From the IMG/VR virus record IMGVR_UViG_3300021540_000078: a stretch of 20,587 nucleotides of DNA. The stretch is one strand, 5' to 3'. The notes beneath the pieces are model-generated. The model made no database searches and was not told the origin of the DNA. It was given only the letters and a program-made list of their open reading frames with translations. Below are positions 1 to 9,760 of the stretch, one piece after another; within the stretch, counting starts at the first letter, position 1; each line of letters starts with the position of its first letter. The position numbers were made by a program, and so were the translations under genes. The DNA comes from a virus.

Positions 1-174
1 TGCTAAATAAGTATTGATTTTGATTATTTTTTAATTTGACCATTCACTGATTATTATAATAAATGTTTAAGACTCTACAAATATTTAAATGAACATATTT
101 ATATGTAATGTCGTCCAATCTATTAATAAGAGAACGAATGAGTCTCAGAAGTAAAATTAACGGAGTTGCCGAAC

Positions 175-528
175 ATGATTTTAAAAACAAACGAAATGGA
201 AATTCAATATGTGAAAATGACTGATGAAAACAAAAATGAATTTGGTTACGTTCCAGATTATGAAGCATTAATTGCTGAGGCACCTAACGCTGAAATGGCA
301 GCTAAATGGGAAGAATGCAGAGAACTTCACGAGAAATTCGGAAAAGAAAATCCGAAATTTGCAACATTTGCTTTCAACAGCATTTACATGATGAAAATGA
401 AATGCGGACACTATGAAATCTTCCAACATGCAGTAAGTAGTGAAGAAGATTTAATTGAATGGATTGAATTGATGTTGACTGATAAATACTACAAAAAATG
501 TACTACTTGTATTTGTGATTTTAAATAA
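175..528 (+). CDS. Hypothetical protein (~117 aa) with a possible Cys/His metal-binding motif
   Basis: ORF track gives 166..528. GGAG at 162-165 favours ATG 175. Contains KCGHYE and C-terminal KKCTTCIC. Followed by a T8 tract. No family recognised. Confidence 0.75.
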   Translation: MILKTNEMEIQYVKMTDENKNEFGYVPDYEALIAEAPNAEMAAKWEECRELHEKFGKENPKFATFAFNSIYMMKMKCGHYEIFQHAVSSEEDLIEWIELMLTDKYYKKCTTCICDFK

Positions 529-540
529 TCACAAAACTTC

Positions 541-548
541 TTTTTTTT
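541..548 (+). terminator. Archaeal-type oligo-T terminator candidate
   Basis: T8 run 13 nt after the stop at 528, immediately before the GGTGA RBS of the next gene. Confidence 0.35.
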
Positions 549-558
549 AGGTGATAAA

Positions 559-804
559 ATGTATGGTTTTAATTTTATTATCAGCAGACTTGGTGTTGAT
601 ATGAGAGTGTCTTTTTTCATTGATAAAAATGATAAATTTTATCATTGGCAATATTATGAAGGATTTAATTATGATTTAGATGAATTTGAATGGGATTTAA
701 TCAATAAATTTGGCAAAGAATTTATTATCAAATTAGTTAAATCAATGAATGTTTATGAAACAAAGCAATTGTCTGACATTATTAAATTGGTGAGGATAGA
801 ATAG
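559..804 (+). CDS. Hypothetical protein, 81 aa
   Basis: GGTGA RBS at 550-554, ATG at 559, tightly packed with neighbours. No family recognised. Confidence 0.7.
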   Translation: MYGFNFIISRLGVDMRVSFFIDKNDKFYHWQYYEGFNYDLDEFEWDLINKFGKEFIIKLVKSMNVYETKQLSDIIKLVRIE

Positions 805-813
805 GTGATTTAG

Positions 814-1092
814 ATGAGCTGGAACGTTGAAGCTAAAGAACACTATGAAAATGTTTCAAAAACCTATGATGTATTAAGCATCATCAGCAATGATGAACTC
901 ACCCTCAAAGATGCCTTGAGGGAGGTTATTGTTGATGAAATGAAATTATCATGTGAATGTATAATTAATGGAATTAGTGACATTGAAAACAAAAATTATA
1001 AAACAGCATCAGCATTTCTTGAAACTCTCAAAAAAGGTTATGATGTTGGAGTAATAGTTGAAGCAAGAAATTTTATTTATAATTTAATTTAA
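814..1092 (+). CDS. Hypothetical protein, 92 aa, probably helical
   Basis: GGTGA RBS at 804-808, ATG at 814. No family recognised. Confidence 0.7.
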   Translation: MSWNVEAKEHYENVSKTYDVLSIISNDELTLKDALREVIVDEMKLSCECIINGISDIENKNYKTASAFLETLKKGYDVGVIVEARNFIYNLI

Positions 1093-1115
1093 AAATATTT
1101 AATGGAGTAGATAGT

Positions 1116-1364
1116 ATGAAAGCAACTATTGAGTATATTGAAAAATCTCAGTATAGGAGTAAAGTGTTAAAAACATTAGCTAATGATACAAAAATCCCTT
1201 CACAAATTGCTAAAGATACCGGCATTGTTCAAAATCATATTTCAAATACTTTGAGGCAGCTAAAAGAGCATGACTTAGTGGAGTGCATTAATCCAGAAGT
1301 TAGAAAAGGTAGACTATATAGATTAACTGATAAAGGTGATGTATTAGTTAAAAATTTAAAATAA
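1116..1364 (+). CDS. Winged helix-turn-helix transcriptional regulator (ArsR/MarR-like, small archaeal type)
   Basis: Sequence RSKVLKTL..TKIPSQIAKDTGIVQNHISNTLRQLKEHDLVECINPEVRKGRLYRLTDKG has the HTH plus wing pattern (YRLTDKG). GGAG RBS at 1104-1107. Confidence 0.85.
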   Translation: MKATIEYIEKSQYRSKVLKTLANDTKIPSQIAKDTGIVQNHISNTLRQLKEHDLVECINPEVRKGRLYRLTDKGDVLVKNLK

Positions 1365-1369
1365 TTCTC

Positions 1370-1378
1370 TTTTTTTTT
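1370..1378 (+). terminator. Oligo-T terminator candidate after the wHTH gene
   Basis: T9 run 6 nt after the stop codon. Confidence 0.45.
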
Positions 1379-1423
1379 AAACATGGTTTAATCATAATCA
1401 TATATTTCATTTTCACACTATTA

Positions 1424-1455
1424 GAAAAATTTAATATATATTTTTATATATAAAT
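1424..1455 (+). promoter_or_regulatory. Putative BRE/TATA promoter of the BREX operon, overlapped by an imperfect AT-only inverted repeat
   Basis: Purine run GAAAAA (1424-1429) then TTTAATA (1430-1436); a second TATA-like TTTATATA at 1443-1450. Arms are ATTTAATATATA (1429-1440) and TATATATAAAT (1445-1455). Confidence 0.45.
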
Positions 1456-1477
1456 TATTAATAACAGGGTGAATTTA

Positions 1478-2071
1478 TTGAAGTATAATACAAGTTTAAC
1501 CAATAGTTCTTTTTGGTTTTTGGAGTCTAAAAAAGTTGCAGAACTTATATTGGAAGATTATTCAAAGAATGAAATTTTAAATGTTGCTTTAAAAGATAAT
1601 ATTTTTCAAGTAGACTCTGAAAATCGTATTAAAAAAATTACAAACAATGTTTATAAGCGATTAAATGTATTTCCAAATGATGTTTTAGAATATTTTGGTA
1701 GAGTTGATGTTAATTCAGCTAAAGTATTTGTTTTAATTTCTATTTTAAAATCAGATAAACTATTTTTTGAATTTATGTATGAAGTATTTAGAGAACATAT
1801 TGTTTTAGGAGATTTAACTCTTAAAAACAAAGATTTTGATATGTTTTTTGATAATAAATCTTATCAAAGTGACATTATTAGTAGTTGGTCTGAAGAAACA
1901 ATAGAACGATTAAAAAGAAGTTATATTACAATGCTTTCAGAAGCAGGATTATTAAATACTTCAAATGTTGAAAAAGAAATTAAATTACCTTTCGTTGATT
2001 TAAAATTTAAGGATATTTTGCTTGAAAATGATTTTGGCCCTTATATTTATTCTATAACTGGTGAAAAATAA
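1478..2071 (+). CDS. brxA: BREX protein BrxA (DUF1819 family)
   Basis: The ORF-track GTG at 1469 lies within the GGGTGA RBS. In-frame TTG 1478 gives MKYNTSLTNSSFWFLESKKVAEL, a typical BrxA N-terminus. Also has DNIFQ, LFFEFMYEV, WSEETIERLKRSYITMLSEAGLL. First gene of the type 1 BREX order. Confidence 0.9.
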   Translation: MKYNTSLTNSSFWFLESKKVAELILEDYSKNEILNVALKDNIFQVDSENRIKKITNNVYKRLNVFPNDVLEYFGRVDVNSAKVFVLISILKSDKLFFEFMYEVFREHIVLGDLTLKNKDFDMFFDNKSYQSDIISSWSEETIERLKRSYITMLSEAGLLNTSNVEKEIKLPFVDLKFKDILLENDFGPYIYSITGEK

Positions 2072-2087
2072 TTGGGGGAAGATTTAA

Positions 2088-2639
2088 TTGGATTTTGAAG
2101 AAAAGTTAAGTACTGTTGAGTTAAAAATAAAAGATCCATCTCTTAAAATAGATTATTATATCTTTGATTACGATCCTAAATATGAACTTAAAGTAAGAAA
2201 TGAAATTAAATATCTAAAGGATAAAATAAATAGCTCTAATATTGGAATTACAATTATTGAATTTGATTTATATGAAATTGTATTGGATATTCTTAAATCA
2301 AAAGGATATCTTGAAAAAACATTCGAATTTGAAAAGAAAAAAGGAAGAAATCTTGCTAAAAAGGCTGTAACTAAAATGCTAAAGTTAAGTATGGATTCTA
2401 ATTTAATTGTAAACTATATTAAAGAAAGATATTCCTCTGATTCAATAATATTTATTACAGGAGTGGGTAAAGCATATCCATTAGTTAGGTCGCATAATGT
2501 TTTAAATAATTTATCTCAACAAGTTGATGATGTTCCAGTGATAATGTTTTTCCCAGGAAAGTATTCCGGTTTGGATTTACTCTTATTTAATACTATTAAA
2601 GATAGTAATTTTTACAAAGCAGAGCCATTAATTAAATAA
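2088..2639 (+). CDS. brxB: BREX protein BrxB (DUF1788 family)
   Basis: Motifs YIFDYDP and FITGVGKAYPLVRSHNVLNNL..VPVIMFFPGKYSG. TTG start after GGGGGA. Lies between brxA and brxC. Confidence 0.92.
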   Translation: MDFEEKLSTVELKIKDPSLKIDYYIFDYDPKYELKVRNEIKYLKDKINSSNIGITIIEFDLYEIVLDILKSKGYLEKTFEFEKKKGRNLAKKAVTKMLKLSMDSNLIVNYIKERYSSDSIIFITGVGKAYPLVRSHNVLNNLSQQVDDVPVIMFFPGKYSGLDLLLFNTIKDSNFYKAEPLIK

Positions 2640-2660
2640 AATTTGGAAAGGTGTTAGTAA

Positions 2661-5600
2661 ATGCAAATTAAAAGCATGTTTGAAAAACCTATTGATAGAA
2701 GAATCAAAGGTGTAATTAAAGTTGGTCAAAAAGATGAAGAAAATATTTACCAAGAGTTAAATGAATATGTAGTAACTGATGAACTTAAAAAACACTTTAG
2801 TGAATTCTTTAGGATTTATAGTCAGGGTGTAGATACTCCAACAGATGATATTGGGGTATGGATTTCAGGATTCTTTGGTAGTGGTAAATCACACTTTCTA
2901 AAAATATTGTCATATATATTAAATAGTGAATTAGCGGTAGAAAGTAAAGAAAACCCAGGTATAATAAGAAGACCAATAGATTTCTTTAAGGAAGATAACA
3001 AGATAAAAGATCCACTTGTAATTGCAAATATGATTAAATCAAGCGATATTAGCACTGATGTAATACTATTTAATATAGATTCCAAAAGTTCAAATTCAGA
3101 ATCTGAAAAAGATAAAATATTGGATGTTTTTGTAAAAGTTTTTAATGAAATGAGAGGTTACTGTACAGAATATCCATTTTTAGCAGAGTTTGAAAAAAAA
3201 TTAGATGAAAAAGAAAAGTTCGAAGAATTTAAATCCACTTTCAAATCTATTAATGGTGATGAATGGGAAGTAGTAAGAGATGACTATTTTTTCATAAGTG
3301 ATGATATTGTTGAAGCTATTGTTAAAATAAACTTCATGAGTGAAGATGCTGCAAGAAACTGGGCAGATAAAGCAGATGAAAACTACAACATATCCATAGA
3401 AAAATTCGCAGAAGAAGTAGAAACATACTGTTCCTCTAAAGGTGAAAACCACCATGTTGTCTTCTTAGTAGATGAAGTTGGACAATACATAGGTGAAGAT
3501 ACAAAATTAATGCTTAATTTACAATCAATTACTGAAGATTTGGGGATTAAATGTCATGGGAAGGCTTGGATAATAGTTACAAGCCAACAAAACATTGATG
3601 ATTTAGTAGATGTAAAAGGAAATGATTTTTCAAAGATTCAAGGAAGATTCAAAACAAGACTATCATTATCTTCAGCAAATGTTGATGAAGTTATTAGAAA
3701 AAGGCTACTTGAAAAAAATGACACAGCAAAAAAAACACTCATAGCTTCTTACCCGCAATTAGAACCGATTTTAAAAAATAACTTTACATTTACAGATAGT
3801 GCAGAAATGAAAAAGTACTCAAATGCAGATGACTTTGCAGCAATATATCCATTCATTCCATACCAATTCAACTTACTTCAAGCAGTATTAACTTCAATAC
3901 GTGAACATGGAGCATCAGGAAAGCACCTTGCTGAAGGTGAAAGATCCATGTTAAAACTATTCCAAGATGCAGCAAAAGCATGGATGAATGAAGACACTAC
4001 AAGATTAATTCCATTTTATGCATTCTATAATCCATTACAAGATTATTTAGATCATTCTATACGTTCAGTATTTATAAAAGCTGCAAAAAATGATAACTTA
4101 GTACATGAATTTGATGATAATGTCCTTAAAGTACTATTTTTAATCAAATACATAAAAGAGCTAAAAGCAAATTTAGATAACATTACAATTTTAATGATTT
4201 CACATTTAGATGAAGACATACCTGATTTAAGAAACAAAATTGTAAAAGTATTAGTAAGATTAGAAAACGAAACATTGATTCAAAAGAATGGTGACACATA
4301 CTCATTTTTAACCAATGAAGAACAAGATATCAATCGTGAAATAAAAAATGAAATAGTAGAATTAGGCGAGGTCTTAAACAAAGCATCTGATGTAATATTC
4401 TACGATATTTATACTGAAAAAAAATTCAGATATGATAACAAATACAATTTTGGATTTAACAAAGCTATTGACAACATAGATAATGGAATGCACAAAAATG
4501 ATATAGGAATAAGAATTATAAGTCCATACTATGATTTTAACATTCAAACATCCCAACAACCTACATTAACAGAAGCGTCTGAAGATGAGAAAATACATAA
4601 TGCATTAAAAGGATTATCTGATAGTAAAAATGAAGTAATATTATATTTAAACAAAGATTTCACAGTATTTAAAGAAATAATGGAAATAATACAAATAGAA
4701 AAATATCTTAAAAAGCATGGAACAGAAATCAAACAATCTCTTAGGGATGCAAAGCAAGAAGAACTGAGAGATAAAAGTTCAAATATTGTAATACTACTTG
4801 AAAAATCATTAAAACAGTCAGAAATATTTGTAAAAGGGTCTACAGTCAATATTGCTGAAAAAAATGCAAAAGATAGAATCAATGATGCATTTGCAGATCT
4901 TGTTTCAAAAGTATATCATAAACTTAAATATATGGACTTCTCACCAGATAAAGATGATATTTTAGTTACAATCAAAGAATCTTCACAAGAGGTACTTTCA
5001 CGTGGAGAGTCAAAAGCAAATAATGCACTTGATGATGTGGACAATTATATTAAAACTCAATCAGATAATTTTGTAAAACCTCCACTAAAAACAATTATGG
5101 CAAGATTCACATCAGCACCATATGGATTTATAGATAATGATGTGGTCTGGTTAATAGCAAAATTATTCTCACAAAAAAGAATTAGCTTAATACTAAATTC
5201 TGAAATAATTTCACTAAAAACACACAAAGCAGAAGAAATATTCAAATACTTAACCTCAAAAGACTACTTGGAAAAAGTATTAGTTGAAAAGAAAAGAGAA
5301 ACCTCACAAAAGAAATTAAAAAGTGCAAAATTAATACTAAAAGATGTATTTGATACAGTAGAAAGCTCAACAAATGATGAAACAATAAAAGATTCATTCA
5401 TAACTCAAGCCAACAAAAAATTAGATACAATTAAAGACTGCTTAACATATTACAGAAACAACGCCAAATATCCTGGGAAACAAGTATTGGAAAATGCAAG
5501 AGAACTGCTAATGGAGACACTATCAATAAAATCAATAGATAAATTCTATGATTATATATTTAAACAAGAGAATGCTTTCTTAGACATGGGGGAAGACACA

Positions 5601-6254
5601 TATAATATACTTCAATTCTTCAAACACCAAAAAATATACTTTGATGATGCAGTAAAAATATATGATATCTTTGAATCCAACAAAAACTTCATCACGGACT
5701 CAGAATTAATAAATACTGCAACACAAATAAAAACAATATTGACAATGGATAATCCTTATTCCAAAATTAAAGATTTACCTGAATTAAGTGATAAATTTTT
5801 AGAAAAACATGATGAATTAATAGCTACAGAAAAATTAACTCCTCAAAATGATATAAAATTAGAATTTGAAGAGGTTCTAGAAGTTTTAAATGAAGATTAT
5901 GAATTCAAAGATGAACTCAAAGCAAAATATGAAACTACATTTAGTAATGACTTCGATAATTTAACTAAAAAACTAAACAATGCAACTGAGATATCTGTTA
6001 TACGAGGAGTAAGCGATGAAGCTTCTAATCTAAGAACAAAATGTATGAATAAAATTGATGAATTTAAGAAATCTAAAAAATCGGGCCATACTGATCCAGA
6101 ACCTAAATCCATGAATCTTTCTATTAAATTCATAGCATCAAAATCCAAAGTAAAAATAGAAAATGAGGAAGATTTAGATAATTTCTTAAATCAAATCAAA
6201 TCTGAAGTAAAAAAACATTTTAATGAATATGATATAATTAATTTAAAACTTTAA
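2661..6254 (+). CDS. brxC: BREX P-loop ATPase BrxC (PglY-like), 1197 aa
   Basis: N-terminus MFEKPIDRRIKGVIKVGQ, Walker A GFFGSGKS (2868-2891), Walker B FLVDEVGQY, SKIQGRF, YPFIPYQF. Size and position fit type 1 BREX. Confidence 0.96.
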   Translation: MQIKSMFEKPIDRRIKGVIKVGQKDEENIYQELNEYVVTDELKKHFSEFFRIYSQGVDTPTDDIGVWISGFFGSGKSHFLKILSYILNSELAVESKENPGIIRRPIDFFKEDNKIKDPLVIANMIKSSDISTDVILFNIDSKSSNSESEKDKILDVFVKVFNEMRGYCTEYPFLAEFEKKLDEKEKFEEFKSTFKSINGDEWEVVRDDYFFISDDIVEAIVKINFMSEDAARNWADKADENYNISIEKFAEEVETYCSSKGENHHVVFLVDEVGQYIGEDTKLMLNLQSITEDLGIKCHGKAWIIVTSQQNIDDLVDVKGNDFSKIQGRFKTRLSLSSANVDEVIRKRLLEKNDTAKKTLIASYPQLEPILKNNFTFTDSAEMKKYSNADDFAAIYPFIPYQFNLLQAVLTSIREHGASGKHLAEGERSMLKLFQDAAKAWMNEDTTRLIPFYAFYNPLQDYLDHSIRSVFIKAAKNDNLVHEFDDNVLKVLFLIKYIKELKANLDNITILMISHLDEDIPDLRNKIVKVLVRLENETLIQKNGDTYSFLTNEEQDINREIKNEIVELGEVLNKASDVIFYDIYTEKKFRYDNKYNFGFNKAIDNIDNGMHKNDIGIRIISPYYDFNIQTSQQPTLTEASEDEKIHNALKGLSDSKNEVILYLNKDFTVFKEIMEIIQIEKYLKKHGTEIKQSLRDAKQEELRDKSSNIVILLEKSLKQSEIFVKGSTVNIAEKNAKDRINDAFADLVSKVYHKLKYMDFSPDKDDILVTIKESSQEVLSRGESKANNALDDVDNYIKTQSDNFVKPPLKTIMARFTSAPYGFIDNDVVWLIAKLFSQKRISLILNSEIISLKTHKAEEIFKYLTSKDYLEKVLVEKKRETSQKKLKSAKLILKDVFDTVESSTNDETIKDSFITQANKKLDTIKDCLTYYRNNAKYPGKQVLENARELLMETLSIKSIDKFYDYIFKQENAFLDMGEDTYNILQFFKHQKIYFDDAVKIYDIFESNKNFITDSELINTATQIKTILTMDNPYSKIKDLPELSDKFLEKHDELIATEKLTPQNDIKLEFEEVLEVLNEDYEFKDELKAKYETTFSNDFDNLTKKLNNATEISVIRGVSDEASNLRTKCMNKIDEFKKSKKSGHTDPEPKSMNLSIKFIASKSKVKIENEEDLDNFLNQIKSEVKKHFNEYDIINLKL

Positions 6255-6265
6255 AGGTGATATAT

Positions 6266-9200
6266 TTGGATAAAAATGCAATTAAAACTTTTGCTATTGA
6301 GTCTCGACGCCAAATGATATTGAGTGTAAAATATCAAGCTAGTTTGATTGGAATTACTGCAGATGGTATTGAAGATCCTATTTCTAGAGCTGAAGGTATG
6401 GAAACCTATGATTATGGTGCTGGAACACATTCTATTTATGATGAAGATATTAAAAAGAGAGAAAGTTTAGTTCAAGAAATTCAAAGTAAAGGTTTTGATA
6501 ATGTCATCGAAGAGGTAGCTTATACTTGGTTTAATAGGATAATAGCTATAAGATTCATGGAAGTTAATGATTATCTCCCAACTAGGACAAGAGTACTTTC
6601 CAGTGAACTTGAAGGCAAAATAGAACCAGATATTGTAACTGAAGCATTAGATTTAGAACTAGATTACTCTTTAGAAGACAAAGATTTAATTTTAAAACTA
6701 AAAGATGAAAATAAATTGGATGAGTTATTTAGATTTCTATTTATTAAACAATGTAATAAATTAAATGAGATACTTCCAGGATTGTTTGAGCAAACTGATG
6801 ATTATATGGAACTTTTATTAAGTATTTCATTTACCGATGAAACTGGAGTTATTAGGCAATTATTAAACTTTATATCTGAAGAAGATTTTGGGAATGATGT
6901 AGAAATTATGGGGTGGTTATATCAATTTTATAACTCTGAATTAAAAGATGAAACTTTTAAAAATATTAAAAAAAATAAAGTATCTAAAGAAAGAATTCCA
7001 TGTGCAACTCAAATATTTACTCCAGATTGGATTGTAAAGTATATGGTTGAAAACTCTGTAGGAAAATTATGGCTTGAAGGTCATTATAATTTAAATCTAA
7101 AATCCAAATGGAGATATTATATAGAACCATCAAATGACGATCAAGTAGAAATTGACTTGAAGATTATACAGAATTCTAAAATGTTAAATGTTGAAGATAT
7201 TTTAATCATTGATCCTTGTATGGGTAGTGGCCATATTCTTGTCTATATTTTTGATTTATTAATGGATATATATGTATCTGAAGGATATACAGTAAAAGAT
7301 GCATCTGTTTCTATTTTAAAAAATAATATTTATGGATTTGACATTGATAAAAGAGCTTATCAATTTGCTTATTTTGCTATTATGATGAAAGCAAGAAGTT
7401 ATAATAGGATAATTTTTGATGAAAATGTAATTCCTAGAGTTTATTCAATTGAAGAATCAAATGGTATCGATGATGAATTAATAAACATATTAGTTTCTGA
7501 ATATCCTGCTATTAAAGATAGTTTGTTATACTTAATGAATACTTTTTATGATGCTAAAATTTATGGTAGTATGTTAAAAATAAAACTTATTGATTATGAT
7601 GAAATTTTAGAAGTTTTAAATAATCTAACGCAGAATTTTACTCAAAATTTAAAATTATTTAAATTTCAAACTCAAATAAATTTATTAAAAAAGATAGTAT
7701 ATCAAGCTAAGTATTTGGCTCAAAAATACCATGTGGTGGTAACAAATCCTCCATATATGAGCATCACAGGCATGTCTCAAGAACTAAGAGACTATTTAAA
7801 TAATAATTATCCTATGACAAAAATGGATTTATTTTCAGTATTCATTGAAAAAGGACTAAACATGGTTAGGGATAATGGTTTTAGTTCTATTGTAACAATG
7901 CAATCTTGGATGTTTTTAGCAAGTTATGAAAAACTGCGTCGTTATTTATCAAAAGAATCTATAATAATCAATTTATTACATATGGATAATATGGTAATGG
8001 GTATAGCTTTTGGAACATCTGCAACAGTATTTAGAAAATTAAATAAACCTAAATTCAGTGGTATTTTTAATCAAGTACTATTTAAAGACATTACTGAAAA
8101 TGGAATACCTTTTGAGTTTCCAGTTCGTTCAAATAGAAATACTATAGCTAACTTTGAAAGTTTTTTTAAAATTCCAGGGCACCCTATTGCTTATTGGATT
8201 GAAGAGGATATGATTAAAATTTTTAGTAACAAAACTATTTTGTCATATTCTTCGACATCTGGGCAAACTATTACTGCAAATAATGATAAATATTTAAGAT
8301 ATTTTTGGGAAGTAGATAAACGAAAAATTAATAAAGAAAATTGGGCTCCTTATGCTAAAGGAGGGAGTTATAGAAAATGGGCTGGTAATCTTTATTATGT
8401 TGTTGACTGGACTCCTGAAGCAAGATATAATTATAAGAAAGGTAAAAGTTCAAGGATACTTCAAGAAGAATTCTGGTTTAAGAAAGCTATTACATGGGGA
8501 TTAGTTACTTCAGATAGGCCAAGTTTTAGAGTTTTACCAGAGTATGCTACATTTGATAAAGGGGGTTCTTCAATCTTTATCAATGACTCTGAATTATATT
8601 ATTATTTTTTAGGTTTGTTAAATAGTAATTTATTTTTGGATGTATTATCGTTATTAAATCCTACGGTTAGTGTAAGAATTAAAGATATACTGTCCATGCC
8701 TGTAATTATTAAAGATTTACAAGATGTCACTGAATTAGTTAAGCAATGTTATACTATTTCAAATGATGATTGGGATGATTATGAAAATAGTTTAAATTTT
8801 TTAAAACATCCATTTTTGATTTTCGAAGGAAATAATCTTTATAACATATATGAAAATTGGGAATCTTATAAAAAGTATAAGTTTGATGCACTGAAGAAAA
8901 ATGAAATAAGATTAAATGAATTGTTTTCTGAAATTTATAATGTTAATTTTGATGTTAATGTGGAAGATAAATATGTTTCTGTTACAAAAGCAAATTATGG
9001 GGCTGATGTTAAATCATTTATTTCATATGCTGTAGGTTGTATGTTTGGTCGTTATAGTTTAGATAATGAAGGATTACAATTTGCAGGAGGAATATTTGAT
9101 TTAAATAATTATTCTAAATTTATTCCTGATGATGATAATATTATTCCTGTTTTAGATACTGAGTATTTTGATGATGATATCGTTGGTCGTTTTGTTGAGT

Positions 9201-9751
9201 TTGTAAAAGTTTGTTTTGGTGCAGAAACTTTAGAAGATAATTTAGATTTTATTGCGGGAGCTTTGAAGAAAAAAGGAAAAACAAGTAGGGAAATAATTCG
9301 TAATTATTTCTTAACTGATTTCTTTAAAAATCATTCACAATCATATCAAAAGCGCCCTATTTATTGGCAATTTGATAGCGGTAAACAAAATGCATTTAAA
9401 TGTCTTGTTTATATGCATAGATATGAACCAGATCTTGTTGCTAGAGTAAGGACAGATTACTTGCATAAAACTCAAAAAGCAATAGAACAGAATTTGACTC
9501 ATTGTGAAAATATTATCAATAATTCTACAAATAAATCAGAAGTTAGTAATGCCACTAAAGATAAATCTAAGTATATCAAACAATTAGAAGAAATTAAGGT
9601 TTATGATGAAGCTTTAAGACATATGGCTACTCAGAATATTGAAATAGATTTAGATGATGGTGTTAAAGTTAATTATGCTAAATTCCAAAAGATTGAGATT
9701 TCTAAAGAAGGAGAAAAGACTAAAAAAATAAACTTGCTTAAGAAAATTTAG
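6266..9751 (+). CDS. pglX: BREX-1 adenine-specific DNA methyltransferase PglX, copy 1
   Basis: The ORF-track GTG at 6257 overlaps the AGGTGA RBS. TTG 6266 gives MDKNAIKTFAIESR. Motifs EEVAYTWFNR, ATQIFTPDWIVKYMVENS, SAM motif DPCMGSGH, catalytic NPPY (7745-7756), C-terminal KRPIYW. Confidence 0.96.
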   Translation: MDKNAIKTFAIESRRQMILSVKYQASLIGITADGIEDPISRAEGMETYDYGAGTHSIYDEDIKKRESLVQEIQSKGFDNVIEEVAYTWFNRIIAIRFMEVNDYLPTRTRVLSSELEGKIEPDIVTEALDLELDYSLEDKDLILKLKDENKLDELFRFLFIKQCNKLNEILPGLFEQTDDYMELLLSISFTDETGVIRQLLNFISEEDFGNDVEIMGWLYQFYNSELKDETFKNIKKNKVSKERIPCATQIFTPDWIVKYMVENSVGKLWLEGHYNLNLKSKWRYYIEPSNDDQVEIDLKIIQNSKMLNVEDILIIDPCMGSGHILVYIFDLLMDIYVSEGYTVKDASVSILKNNIYGFDIDKRAYQFAYFAIMMKARSYNRIIFDENVIPRVYSIEESNGIDDELINILVSEYPAIKDSLLYLMNTFYDAKIYGSMLKIKLIDYDEILEVLNNLTQNFTQNLKLFKFQTQINLLKKIVYQAKYLAQKYHVVVTNPPYMSITGMSQELRDYLNNNYPMTKMDLFSVFIEKGLNMVRDNGFSSIVTMQSWMFLASYEKLRRYLSKESIIINLLHMDNMVMGIAFGTSATVFRKLNKPKFSGIFNQVLFKDITENGIPFEFPVRSNRNTIANFESFFKIPGHPIAYWIEEDMIKIFSNKTILSYSSTSGQTITANNDKYLRYFWEVDKRKINKENWAPYAKGGSYRKWAGNLYYVVDWTPEARYNYKKGKSSRILQEEFWFKKAITWGLVTSDRPSFRVLPEYATFDKGGSSIFINDSELYYYFLGLLNSNLFLDVLSLLNPTVSVRIKDILSMPVIIKDLQDVTELVKQCYTISNDDWDDYENSLNFLKHPFLIFEGNNLYNIYENWESYKKYKFDALKKNEIRLNELFSEIYNVNFDVNVEDKYVSVTKANYGADVKSFISYAVGCMFGRYSLDNEGLQFAGGIFDLNNYSKFIPDDDNIIPVLDTEYFDDDIVGRFVEFVKVCFGAETLEDNLDFIAGALKKKGKTSREIIRNYFLTDFFKNHSQSYQKRPIYWQFDSGKQNAFKCLVYMHRYEPDLVARVRTDYLHKTQKAIEQNLTHCENIINNSTNKSEVSNATKDKSKYIKQLEEIKVYDEALRHMATQNIEIDLDDGVKVNYAKFQKIEISKEGEKTKKINLLKKI
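6375..6456 (+). repeat. 82-bp exact direct repeat shared by the 5' parts of the two pglX genes (second copy 9870-9951)
   Basis: Base-by-base comparison at offset 3495 is identical from ATCCTATTTCTAGAGC to GATATTAAAAA, with mismatches on both sides. Confidence 0.9.
9269..9334 (+). repeat. 66-bp exact direct repeat in the pglX 3' parts (second copy 12782-12847)
   Basis: AAAAAAGGAAAAACAAGTAGGG...TTTAAAAATCAT is identical at offset 3513. Confidence 0.9.
9593..9696 (+). repeat. 104-bp direct repeat with 1 mismatch at the pglX 3' ends (second copy 13106-13209)
   Basis: 53 bp identical, one mismatch (9646 A vs 13159 T), then 50 bp identical, at offset 3513. Confidence 0.9.
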
Positions 9752-9760
9752 GTGATTTCA

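Noticed and set aside
44-283. 79-aa minus-strand ORF
   Set aside because: It overlaps the better-supported + strand gene and its upstream region, and shows no recognisable features.
2822-6148. Seven minus-strand ORFs (61-112 aa) inside brxC
   Set aside because: These are antisense shadows of an A-rich coding strand (rich in Ser/Phe/Leu/Ile), with no RBS or motifs.
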